A stretch of 62,967 bases of DNA from the UHGV virus genome UHGV-0240508; one strand, written 5' to 3'. The stretch comes from a virus. Below, piece by piece: positions 17,026 through 24,635 of the stretch. Each line of letters begins with the position of its first letter. The stretch's first letter is position 1. Both the position numbers and the translations under genes were made by a program. A model generated the notes under the pieces. The model saw only the letters and a list, made by a program, of their open reading frames with translations, did no database searches and was not told the origin of the DNA.

Positions 17026-20000
17026 ATGACGAATATCACAAACGAAAAAGCCCCCTTCGTCGGAGATACGATCAACGAAGGGGGAGGAGCCCGGCGCAGC
17101 TCTGCGGTAAGCAACATCCGGTGCGCACATCTTTATCGCATTCTCCCTCAGCGTGTCAACCCTTCCGAGCGATTTTTTTCGTTCAACCTATACGGCAAGT
17201 CGCCGCGTCAGATACCGGTACGCGATGTCTTCGAACTAGAGCGATACGCGGATGAGACGGCCGCTCGTGGCGGCGACGCATACTTCGCTCTCGCATCCTT
17301 CGCAGACGGTGCGCACCGCACGCAGGCGAATGCTGTAGCGGCGCGCAGTCTCTGGGCCGACATCGACGTCGGCAAGCCCACGAGCAAGTATAAGAACAAG
17401 GGCGAAGCCCTCGCAGCCTTGGCGCGATTCGTCGAGGCCACAGGTCTGCGGCCGGGTATTGTTATTGCTTCCGGCATGGGGCTGCATGTCTACTGGACGT
17501 TCTGGAAAAACATCCCCATCGAACCGTGGCGCGGCATGGCCGCCTTCTTCCATCGGCTCTGCATCGAGCAGGGACTTGATGTAGACCCGACCCGCGCCGA
17601 GGACCCGGCAAGCGTCCTGCGTGTTCCGGGCACCGTGCATCGGAAGACGGGCAACGTGGTCACAGTGCTTGGTTCAAATGGACCTATCTATCACGCCGAC
17701 GATTTCATGCGCCGCGTCTACGACAACCTCGTCGACAAATCTGCTGCCCGTCCGCTTTCCCGTTCAGTCGCGCCCAAGCAGGTGCCCGTCGTGCCCAACT
17801 CCATGAAGCTTGCTGAGGTGACCGGCTTTATCGAGCCTCCCACCGCCGACGCCGAAAAGGTCGTACGTCAATGCCGCGCCGTCTTGTCCGCAGGGTTGGG
17901 TACTTATCCGCAGTGGTTTGCCATGATGACGGTCATGAAGCGGTGCGCAGACGGCAGGGCATGGGCGCACAAGCTGTCGTCCTTCGACAAGGCGCGCTAT
18001 GACTATGCCGACACCGAGAAGAAATTTAATGACGCGCATTACGACGCGCCCGCGCTGTGTTCCACCTTCGAGAACATCTGCCCGCGAGTCTGTGCCGCCT
18101 GCCCGCATCGGGGCAAGGTGAAGACACCCGTGCAGCTGTCGAAGCTTATCATCTCCGAGCCCGTGGAGCCGCCGGTGGAGCCTGCAATCGCGCCTTCCGC
18201 TCCAGCGCCCGAGGCCCATGAAGACTGCTTCGGAACCAGCACTCCCGCAGCTACGAAGGAGCTCGTCTGGCCGTCGCCCGCGCAGCTGGCCTGCCTGCCT
18301 CTCGTGAGTACCAGATTCTTCCAGAAGGATGACGGCGTCTATATGAAGGTGCCCGTCACCGACGACCAGACGGGCGAAACGAAGTACGTCGACAAGCGGA
18401 TTATCAACGGCCGCATTCAGCTCCGTTACTGCGTCTACGACCGCGACGAAACCGCGATGCAGGATGCGCGGAGCTTCGTGTTCTCCGTGTGGCCGACGGG
18501 TGGCTACGCACACGACGTCGTCTTCAACGTGAGAGAGCACATGCGTCCTGATGCCATCGTGATATGGCTCTACAATTCGGGTGCAAATCCGGCGGACCCG
18601 TATACCAAACCTTCTACCTATATCGCTTTTATGAACGCATACCTCAATTCAGTACAGGGGACGGTTCCGGAACTGCGTACATACGACCGTTTCGGATGGG
18701 TGGAATACAAGGACCGCAATACCCAGATGTTCCGCAAAGGGTTCCTCACCGGTGCCGGGCTCATAACCGAAGACGGCTTCGCGGATGTACGCTTTGGAGA
18801 TCTCGCCCGCGAACATGCGAACCGAGATTTCGTCCGCAAAGGGTCGCTTGAAAAGTGGAAGGCCGTGCCGCAGATGTACAGGCTGCTCAAGCAGGAGATA
18901 GGACAACTCGCCGTCTGCATGTCTCTGGCGGGGCCGCTCATGCCATACGGCTCGGGCGAAGCCAAGAACGCCATCCTTTCCATCTGGAGTGCCGAGTCCG
19001 GCAAGGGCAAGACGCAGCTTCTGCGTACTTGCGCGAGCATCTGGGGCAACCCGGCTACGCAGTTCTTCACCCGTATGGAGTCGTCTGTAGCGCGTGCAAG
19101 GCGGCTTGCCATCTGGCAGAACATCCCCGGCTTCATGGACGAGCTCACCGACCTGAAGGACGATGATCTTTTCGCCCTTGCCTATACCCTGACGGGAGGC
19201 AAGGAGAAGCAGAAGCTGAAGTCATCGGGTGACGCCTTCGTGAAGACCGGAGACTGGTCGACCGTCGTCATTTCCACAGCCAACCGCTCCTTCAAGGAAG
19301 CCATCTCCCGTTGTGCCGGGGATTCGGAAGCCACCCTCCAGCGCGTCATGGAATACTGCTGTGACTTTGGATCCTACGAAGACAAGCCCACCGTCCAGAA
19401 GTACATCAACGCCTGCATGACCTGCTGCAACGAGAACTACGGATGGGCCGGCCCTACCTTCCTGCATTATATTATGCAGCGTCCTGACCTTCTCGATACG
19501 TTGACCATCAGGGCCGAGCACTGGTTCCTGCGGCACAAGTTCGACAACAAGGAACGCTTCATGGGATACGCCCTGTTCCTTGCGCTGCAAGCGGGGCGGT
19601 GGGCGAACGAATGCGGTCTGCTCGATTACGACATGGACGCGCTTGAGAAGTGGGTGCTCAAGGTCTTCGTTCCGCAGAACCGCAAGGGGACGCAGGAGTT
19701 CGCTCCCGATTTCGTAGAATCAATGGCGACGTTCCTGCTTGAGAAGTCCAGCGAGACACTCGTCGTGAAGCGTGATATGCGGGACGAGCAGACTGAGCCC
19801 GACCCCATGAGCGTCGCGGAGTTCGACAAGTTCGTCATCCGCTACCCGGCGTCATACCGGGATATCACCGTCCGTATCGAGACGGAAGCGAAGGCCATTT
19901 GCGTAGCCGTATCGAAGTTCAACGACTGGTGCCGAACACGAAGCCTCTCACCCAAGGTGGTGAAGCAGGAACTCGCCAAGAAAGGCATCAGAAGCGCCAT

Positions 20001-20142
20001 TAAGGTCATGTCCCTGACACGAGGGCTCAAGGCGTTGCCGACACCCTACGTGCGCTGTATGGTCTTCGACGCCGCTGCCTTCACCAAGTTGGGGTTCGCA
20101 ATTGATGTGGGTCCCGTCATACCGCCCGCAGCCGGGCAATAA
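17026..20142 (+). CDS. bifunctional DNA primase-polymerase fused to an SF3 (D5/P4-type) helicase
   Basis: 1038 aa. The N-terminal region looks prim-pol-like. Central Walker A SAESGKGKTQLL is typical of DUF5906/D5-type SF3 NTPases. RBS GGAAGGGAG upstream. Confidence 0.7.
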   Translation: MTNITNEKAPFVGDTINEGGGARRSSAVSNIRCAHLYRILPQRVNPSERFFSFNLYGKSPRQIPVRDVFELERYADETAARGGDAYFALASFADGAHRTQANAVAARSLWADIDVGKPTSKYKNKGEALAALARFVEATGLRPGIVIASGMGLHVYWTFWKNIPIEPWRGMAAFFHRLCIEQGLDVDPTRAEDPASVLRVPGTVHRKTGNVVTVLGSNGPIYHADDFMRRVYDNLVDKSAARPLSRSVAPKQVPVVPNSMKLAEVTGFIEPPTADAEKVVRQCRAVLSAGLGTYPQWFAMMTVMKRCADGRAWAHKLSSFDKARYDYADTEKKFNDAHYDAPALCSTFENICPRVCAACPHRGKVKTPVQLSKLIISEPVEPPVEPAIAPSAPAPEAHEDCFGTSTPAATKELVWPSPAQLACLPLVSTRFFQKDDGVYMKVPVTDDQTGETKYVDKRIINGRIQLRYCVYDRDETAMQDARSFVFSVWPTGGYAHDVVFNVREHMRPDAIVIWLYNSGANPADPYTKPSTYIAFMNAYLNSVQGTVPELRTYDRFGWVEYKDRNTQMFRKGFLTGAGLITEDGFADVRFGDLAREHANRDFVRKGSLEKWKAVPQMYRLLKQEIGQLAVCMSLAGPLMPYGSGEAKNAILSIWSAESGKGKTQLLRTCASIWGNPATQFFTRMESSVARARRLAIWQNIPGFMDELTDLKDDDLFALAYTLTGGKEKQKLKSSGDAFVKTGDWSTVVISTANRSFKEAISRCAGDSEATLQRVMEYCCDFGSYEDKPTVQKYINACMTCCNENYGWAGPTFLHYIMQRPDLLDTLTIRAEHWFLRHKFDNKERFMGYALFLALQAGRWANECGLLDYDMDALEKWVLKVFVPQNRKGTQEFAPDFVESMATFLLEKSSETLVVKRDMRDEQTEPDPMSVAEFDKFVIRYPASYRDITVRIETEAKAICVAVSKFNDWCRTRSLSPKVVKQELAKKGIRSAIKVMSLTRGLKALPTPYVRCMVFDAAAFTKLGFAIDVGPVIPPAAGQ

Positions 20143-20154
20143 AAGGAGACCCGC

Positions 20155-20244
20155 GATGAGTGAAAAGAATTTCGTGTTCCTGACGTCACTGGTTATTATC
20201 TGCATCTTCATGTCGTCATGCTCGGCATTGGTTTGGGGGTCGTG
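20155..20244 (+). CDS. 29-aa hydrophobic peptide, possibly signal- or lipoprotein-like
   Basis: AAAGGAG six nt before ATG 20155. Sequence MSEKNFVFLTSLVIICIFMSSCSALVWGS. Confidence 0.3.
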
Positions 20245-20670
20245 ATGGAAAAGTATTACAAGTTCGATGGCCGCAGCGTCACCGGCGATGAACTGGTATC
20301 TTTGGCGCATTGCCTGACTGCGGAGGGGCAGAAGGCGCAAACGAAGTGCGCGCAAGCAACCGACAAATTACGCAATTCGGAAATGGCGCGCATTAAACTT
20401 GAAGATCAGCTGACCGAAAGCAGAAAAGAAAAATTCCGCCTTAAGGATGAAGTGGAGAAGCTGCGGGAACAGATGGGTAGACGGCGCATCCGAGTCCGCT
20501 TCAAGACCGCATGTTATGCTGGCATAGCCAGTTATCTGGCTGCTTCGCTGATAATGTGGAATCTGGATATAAGCGAATGGAGTGTGGATTGCAGAGCCGC
20601 CTGCGTGATGGCTGCATTATCCATAGCTGTACTTGTCGAAACGATTGAATATTTTAAGGATGATAGATAG
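20245..20670 (+). CDS. coiled-coil protein with C-terminal transmembrane helices
   Basis: ORF 20218..20670 trimmed to ATG 20245. Helical central region, then hydrophobic C-terminus (AGIASYLAASLIMW; AALSIAVLV). Confidence 0.45.
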   Translation: MEKYYKFDGRSVTGDELVSLAHCLTAEGQKAQTKCAQATDKLRNSEMARIKLEDQLTESRKEKFRLKDEVEKLREQMGRRRIRVRFKTACYAGIASYLAASLIMWNLDISEWSVDCRAACVMAALSIAVLVETIEYFKDDR

Positions 20671-20671
20671 A

Positions 20672-20705
20672 ACAAAGGCCCTCGTATGAGGGCCTTTGTT
20701 TGTTA
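20672..20705. terminator. bidirectional intrinsic terminator between convergent gene blocks
   Basis: Perfect 12-bp stem acaaaggccctc/gagggcctttgt with loop GTAT, followed by TTGTTTGTT. Confidence 0.65.
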
Positions 20706-20740
20706 AATGCATCGTAAAATCCCCCTTTAGAGGGAGGATG

Positions 20741-21511
20741 TCAATCTTCGATTTCCGCATCCAGAAAATTCTGGATGACGGGGATGACGCCGGTGTCCCA
20801 TTTCAACTGGCGGATGGGGGTACCGTCGGAATGGAGCTTGCCTGTATCGAGCATCACGGCATAGGCCGTCCCCATACCGATGGGTTCCCATTTGCCGTTC
20901 GTGATTTTCGTCTGGAAGTTCATAGCCGCAAGGACACTGTTTACCGCTCGCGGCGGCAGGCCGCCGAGCGCCTTGCCTAGCTCCGTCGGGTTGAGAATCT
21001 GCCGCTTGGTGGGCGCTTCGAGTGCCACTTCCACAGTCTCCAGAAAAGAATATCCCGCTTCACGCCGGTAGACTTTATCGAGAGAAAGCGCGGCCTGATT
21101 GCCGGTAATGCCAGCAACACGAAGAATGATGGCAGCAGCTTCGATCTTGGCAGGAAACTCCGGCAAAGACTGCTGCGTCCCACGCTGGAGTTCGGCTTCC
21201 ATCCGGTTGAACTCGGCAATATAGGCTTCCTTGAACCGCATGGCTTCGGGCGTTGTGTACGCCATCGCTACCATCGTGAAGCCGTCTTTGGTCATAAGAT
21301 ACATTGGCCGGGATTTACCCTGTTCATCGAGGTATTCAGCTCCCTCAAAATTGAGGGCGCAAAATGATTTCGAACACTTAGCTACGGTTTCCCGGATATC
21401 ACGAAGCACATTGTAGTGCTCCTTCCCAAACACCTCGGCCAACTGTTGCGAAGTGACCGCCGGAACCTGCTTGCCATTCACATTTTCGAGCTTGACAATT
21501 ATGCCGTTCAT
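20741..21511 (-). CDS. antirepressor: Rha N-terminal domain plus KilAC (AntB-like) C-terminal domain
   Basis: N-terminus VTSQQLAEVFGKEHYNVLRDIRE is the Rha signature. C-terminus HSDGTPIRQLKWDTGVIPVIQNFL is KilAC-like. Start set at ATG 21511 (AAAGGA nine nt upstream) rather than the ORF-track 21562. Confidence 0.75.
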   Translation of the reverse strand: MNGIIVKLENVNGKQVPAVTSQQLAEVFGKEHYNVLRDIRETVAKCSKSFCALNFEGAEYLDEQGKSRPMYLMTKDGFTMVAMAYTTPEAMRFKEAYIAEFNRMEAELQRGTQQSLPEFPAKIEAAAIILRVAGITGNQAALSLDKVYRREAGYSFLETVEVALEAPTKRQILNPTELGKALGGLPPRAVNSVLAAMNFQTKITNGKWEPIGMGTAYAVMLDTGKLHSDGTPIRQLKWDTGVIPVIQNFLDAEIED

Positions 21512-21604
21512 ATGTACTGTCCTTTTCGTGGTTAGAGATTCTTGCGAATGTGAGAACCTCATACCCCCGTTGGATATGTAGTTCGCACCTTCTTTCTAAC
21601 GGTA

Positions 21605-21635
21605 GACCCCCCAAGCTGTCAAGGCTTGGGGGGTC
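21605..21635 (-). promoter_or_regulatory. hairpin with 12-bp G/C-rich stem and loop TGTCAAG (TTGACA on the coding strand), then TAGAAA 18 nt downstream; putative promoter/operator of the Rha antirepressor
   Basis: gaccccccaagc-TGTCAAG-gcttggggggtc. Same loop and TTGACA-N18-TAGAAA layout as the element at 22465-22501. Confidence 0.5.
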
Positions 21636-21641
21636 TTGTTT

Positions 21642-22379
21642 TTATTTGCGGTAGCTTGCCAGAAGTGTGGGGTCTATGTCGAGCAGCCGCTCCATGTCAT
21701 CGATGATATCCGTGCGGTAGACATTCACCTCCTCCCATCGGCTGTCGGGAGACTTCTTAATCTCGGCACCACGCATACGCGAGCATGACGCCAGAAACTT
21801 TCCGATGGCCGCACAGGTCCTCGGAGACGTGTCGATGAAGTAGTGCTTGAGCCACGGGATGGCGGTTACAGCTTTCCATTCCCGCGCGTTGCCGATGACG
21901 ATTTCAAGCATCTCTTTTTCTTCCGTCAGTTGCTGGTTGGCGGCGGTGAGGGCGAGGTTCTTCTCATACTCGTCAGCCCAAGCCCGCGCCGCTTCAGCAG
22001 GGTTGGTGAAGTCGGGAAGCGTTGTAGAATACTCGCCCGTCTTGCGAATGGCTGGAAGAACTTCTTCACAAACCCAGTCTTGAAAGGCCACCGCGTTCGG
22101 AAGATTCGAGCGCATCACGAGGCGATAGACATCGGATTCAGGGATGATATTCATCACAACTGGAGGCATCTTTGATGAGATTTCCCGTCCCCCTAAATCA
22201 GGTGAAAGGGTGATTTTATTTATCTTTTTACAGTGAGTGTTAATAGCATTAGCTGGATTGTCGTAGCCGAGAGACTTTGCTACATCTGAAGCCACGAACC
22301 ACGGATCATCTCCCTGCATGACCACGCGCACGGAACCGAATTCTTCTTTCTCAAAAATCTTGACATCTGTGCTACTCAT
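21642..22379 (-). CDS. Bro-N domain antirepressor-like protein
   Basis: FGSVRVVMQGDDPWFVASDVAKSLGYDNPANAI is a typical BRO-N/KilA-N segment. RBS AAAGGAA upstream. Confidence 0.75.
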   Translation of the reverse strand: MSSTDVKIFEKEEFGSVRVVMQGDDPWFVASDVAKSLGYDNPANAINTHCKKINKITLSPDLGGREISSKMPPVVMNIIPESDVYRLVMRSNLPNAVAFQDWVCEEVLPAIRKTGEYSTTLPDFTNPAEAARAWADEYEKNLALTAANQQLTEEKEMLEIVIGNAREWKAVTAIPWLKHYFIDTSPRTCAAIGKFLASCSRMRGAEIKKSPDSRWEEVNVYRTDIIDDMERLLDIDPTLLASYRK

Positions 22380-22464
22380 TGATAGTTTCCTTTTGCTGAG
22401 TTTCTAAACGCCAGAGGCTCTCCACCCCCGCTAGATGAAGACGCTTGACACCATCTTTTCTAGC

Positions 22465-22501
22465 AAAGAACTCCCTGAACTGTCAAGGTTCGGGGAGTTC
22501 T
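22465..22501 (-). promoter_or_regulatory. second hairpin with loop TGTCAAG (15-bp stem, 1 mismatch) and TTGACA-N18-TAGAAA layout, upstream of the Bro-N gene
   Basis: aagaactccctgaac-TGTCAAG-gttcggggagttctt. TAGAAA complement at 22456-22461. Confidence 0.5.
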
Positions 22502-22522
22502 TGTATTAAGGGTTTGGCACAA

Positions 22523-22564
22523 TGAAAAAACTCCCGCATCGGGGGAGCGGACCCGATGCGGGAG
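22523..22564 (-). terminator. intrinsic terminator of the minus-strand virion operon
   Basis: Perfect 14-bp stem actcccgcatcggg/cccgatgcgggagt, followed on the minus strand by TTTTTT. Confidence 0.7.
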
Positions 22565-22615
22565 TCAGGCCGTATGCCGCTGTGCGCGGTGCGGCACCAG
22601 ACCCGATTCCTGAAT

Positions 22616-23284
22616 CTACTCGGCCTTCTTATACTTCGGCGGGTAGATGCAAAAAGTGGGTTGCACGAGCGCGACATGCCCGTTGCAGTTTGTAGCTGCA
22701 ACGCTCACAGAGACACGAAGCGGCATGACGTTCTCATAGGTGTCGGCAGCCACAGGTATCATACTGGGCGCGAGGCCCTCGAAGTACACGAGGTTCGTGT
22801 CCTGTCGGGCCGTAATCCAGTCATTGTCCCCGATATCTATGGCAATCGTCATGGGCTGGTCACCGGTGAATCCTACGGAGCCATGCCAGTACTGGCCGCT
22901 CTCTACGTCAGGCATGGCAACGCTTGCTACGGCGGCCGGGCGGCATTCGCATGGTTTGTCGGAACAGCAGTCATAGGAACAGATGAGATCCTTGACGGCT
23001 GCAATGAGTGCGGGCTGCACCAATGTAATGCAGGACCCGTACGGATGTCGAAGGGGCTCGGTGCCTTCGATGCCACGGTCAACAACAAGCAGGCCGTCGA
23101 CGTTCATGATTTTTACCGCCTCATACTTGGCGTCGCTGCGGATGCTCGCAAAGGTGTAGTCTCCGTCATCCGACAGGAGCGCCTTCAAATCATTCAGTGC
23201 GCCCGGCAGGAGAGGAAGTGCGCGGTCGTCTTTCTGCATGGCTTCGTCGAGTCGTGCCGTGAAAATCTCGTTTTTGTAGCTCAT
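22616..23284 (-). CDS. hypothetical virion-module protein (222 aa)
   Basis: Last ORF of the minus-strand operon before the terminator. Confidence 0.5.
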   Translation of the reverse strand: MSYKNEIFTARLDEAMQKDDRALPLLPGALNDLKALLSDDGDYTFASIRSDAKYEAVKIMNVDGLLVVDRGIEGTEPLRHPYGSCITLVQPALIAAVKDLICSYDCCSDKPCECRPAAVASVAMPDVESGQYWHGSVGFTGDQPMTIAIDIGDNDWITARQDTNLVYFEGLAPSMIPVAADTYENVMPLRVSVSVAATNCNGHVALVQPTFCIYPPKYKKAE

Positions 23285-24033
23285 GACAGCTTGCCCTCCA
23301 GCACTACAACACGAACCAGCAGGTCGCCTACGACTGATTGCAGCCTCTCGACTGCGGACTCAAGCTCGGCAATCTCCGCCGAATGGTCTGTACCGGGGAT
23401 GCCTTGCGGTCCCATCGGTCCGGCGGGGCCTTGCATACCGGTGTCGCCCTTTGGCCCGGCAGGACCCATTGGGCCGGTATCACCTTTCTCGCCCTTGTTG
23501 CCTTTCTCGCCTTTTTCTCCGGGTGCACCGGTTGCCCCGCGCAGCCCGCGTTCACCCGTGTTGCCCTTGGGTCCCTGCGGCCCCATCGGACCCTCGACAC
23601 CCTGCGGTCCCATCGGCCCGGCGACACCGCGGGGACCGGCAGGACCAGCGGGACCGGCAGGGCCGACGTCCCCCTGAGGCCCGGCTACGCCCTGCACGCC
23701 GGGGACGCCGCGAGGCCCGGTATCGCCGGTGCCGCCCTTGGGTCCGCGTTCGCCCGTGTCGCCCTTTTCTCCCTGCGGCCCACGGGGGCCGGCCGGTCCC
23801 ATCTGTCCCTGAGAACCCGTATCGCCCTTGGGACCCTGTGCGCCCGTCGCACCGGTCTGTCCCTTCTCTCCCTGCTCTCCACGCACGGGTGTGTCCCACA
23901 TAAGCCGGGTAGGGGAGTTTTCGGTATAGGCCAGCACCGCGCCCTCGAATGGGTCGGGAGGCAGAGGAATGCCGCAATGATGGTAAGGAAAAGGCGGATG
24001 CCCGCAGCCGCAATGGTTGTCGTGAATACCCAT
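23281..24033 (-). CDS. collagen-like triple-helix repeat protein (about 60 GXY triplets) with C-terminal coiled coil; tail-fibre candidate
   Basis: Continuous GXY run (GEQGEKGQTGATGAQGPKGDTG...). Start set at ATG 24033, which has GGAGA seven nt upstream. Confidence 0.7.
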   Translation of the reverse strand: MGIHDNHCGCGHPPFPYHHCGIPLPPDPFEGAVLAYTENSPTRLMWDTPVRGEQGEKGQTGATGAQGPKGDTGSQGQMGPAGPRGPQGEKGDTGERGPKGGTGDTGPRGVPGVQGVAGPQGDVGPAGPAGPAGPRGVAGPMGPQGVEGPMGPQGPKGNTGERGLRGATGAPGEKGEKGNKGEKGDTGPMGPAGPKGDTGMQGPAGPMGPQGIPGTDHSAEIAELESAVERLQSVVGDLLVRVVVLEGKLS

Positions 24034-24035
24034 AA

Positions 24036-24635
24036 TTATTCTCCACAGAGGTCGAGCGCAAAATCCACGGCCGCCTCGTCGATGAAGTGTTCTCCGCAAG
24101 CCGGAGTAATGTCGATATCGAACCGCGCCAATACGCAGATTTCAGGCGGGCGGCAAGGGGGAGGCGGCGGGGCCGGAGGATTCCCGCCGCACTCCATGCC
24201 GATATCGTAGCCGTCCGGAAGAATCGGGGCGGCTTTCGGCGGCTTGCGCGGAATACCGTGTACGTCAAGAAACACAGGGGTGAGATTATGCGGCATGAAC
24301 CGCACAATGCCTGTGTGACGTCCGGGGCGCAGCATGGGGAAGAACGGCCCGAGCAAAAAGACGACACGTCCTTCGTCGTCAAGTTCAAAGGCATCGCTGA
24401 CCACGACGGGGATGTCGCCCATCGGCACATCATTGAGGTCGACATCCGTCCGCACGCCGGGCCAGCATCCGTGGAAGTACCACGGCGACGCTTCCGGACC
24501 GCAACAGGGGGAGGCGTCAATTTGCCCGGGGATGATGCAAAGTTGCAGATGTTTCCAGTCAGACACCTGCCCGCCGCCGTAGGAGCGGATGCGGACAGCC
24601 AGCCGGGTAGCGTCTTTGGCAAGAGGGAGAATCAT
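24036..24635 (-). CDS. hypothetical structural protein (199 aa) with a poly-Pro stretch
   Basis: ORF with ATGA overlap to the upstream gene. Confidence 0.5.
   Translation of the reverse strand: MILPLAKDATRLAVRIRSYGGGQVSDWKHLQLCIIPGQIDASPCCGPEASPWYFHGCWPGVRTDVDLNDVPMGDIPVVVSDAFELDDEGRVVFLLGPFFPMLRPGRHTGIVRFMPHNLTPVFLDVHGIPRKPPKAAPILPDGYDIGMECGGNPPAPPPPPCRPPEICVLARFDIDITPACGEHFIDEAAVDFALDLCGE

Noticed and set aside
21605-21635. Reading the TGTCAAG hairpins simply as intrinsic terminators of the antirepressor genes
   Set aside because: On the coding (minus) strand the A-run precedes the hairpin rather than the T-run following it. The T-run follows only on the non-coding strand, so they are more likely regulatory than terminators for these genes.
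23281-24099. Diversity-generating retroelement targeting the collagen or fibre genes
   Set aside because: No reverse transcriptase ORF and no template/variable repeat pair near either fibre gene. The GXY similarity between the two collagen-like genes is compositional.
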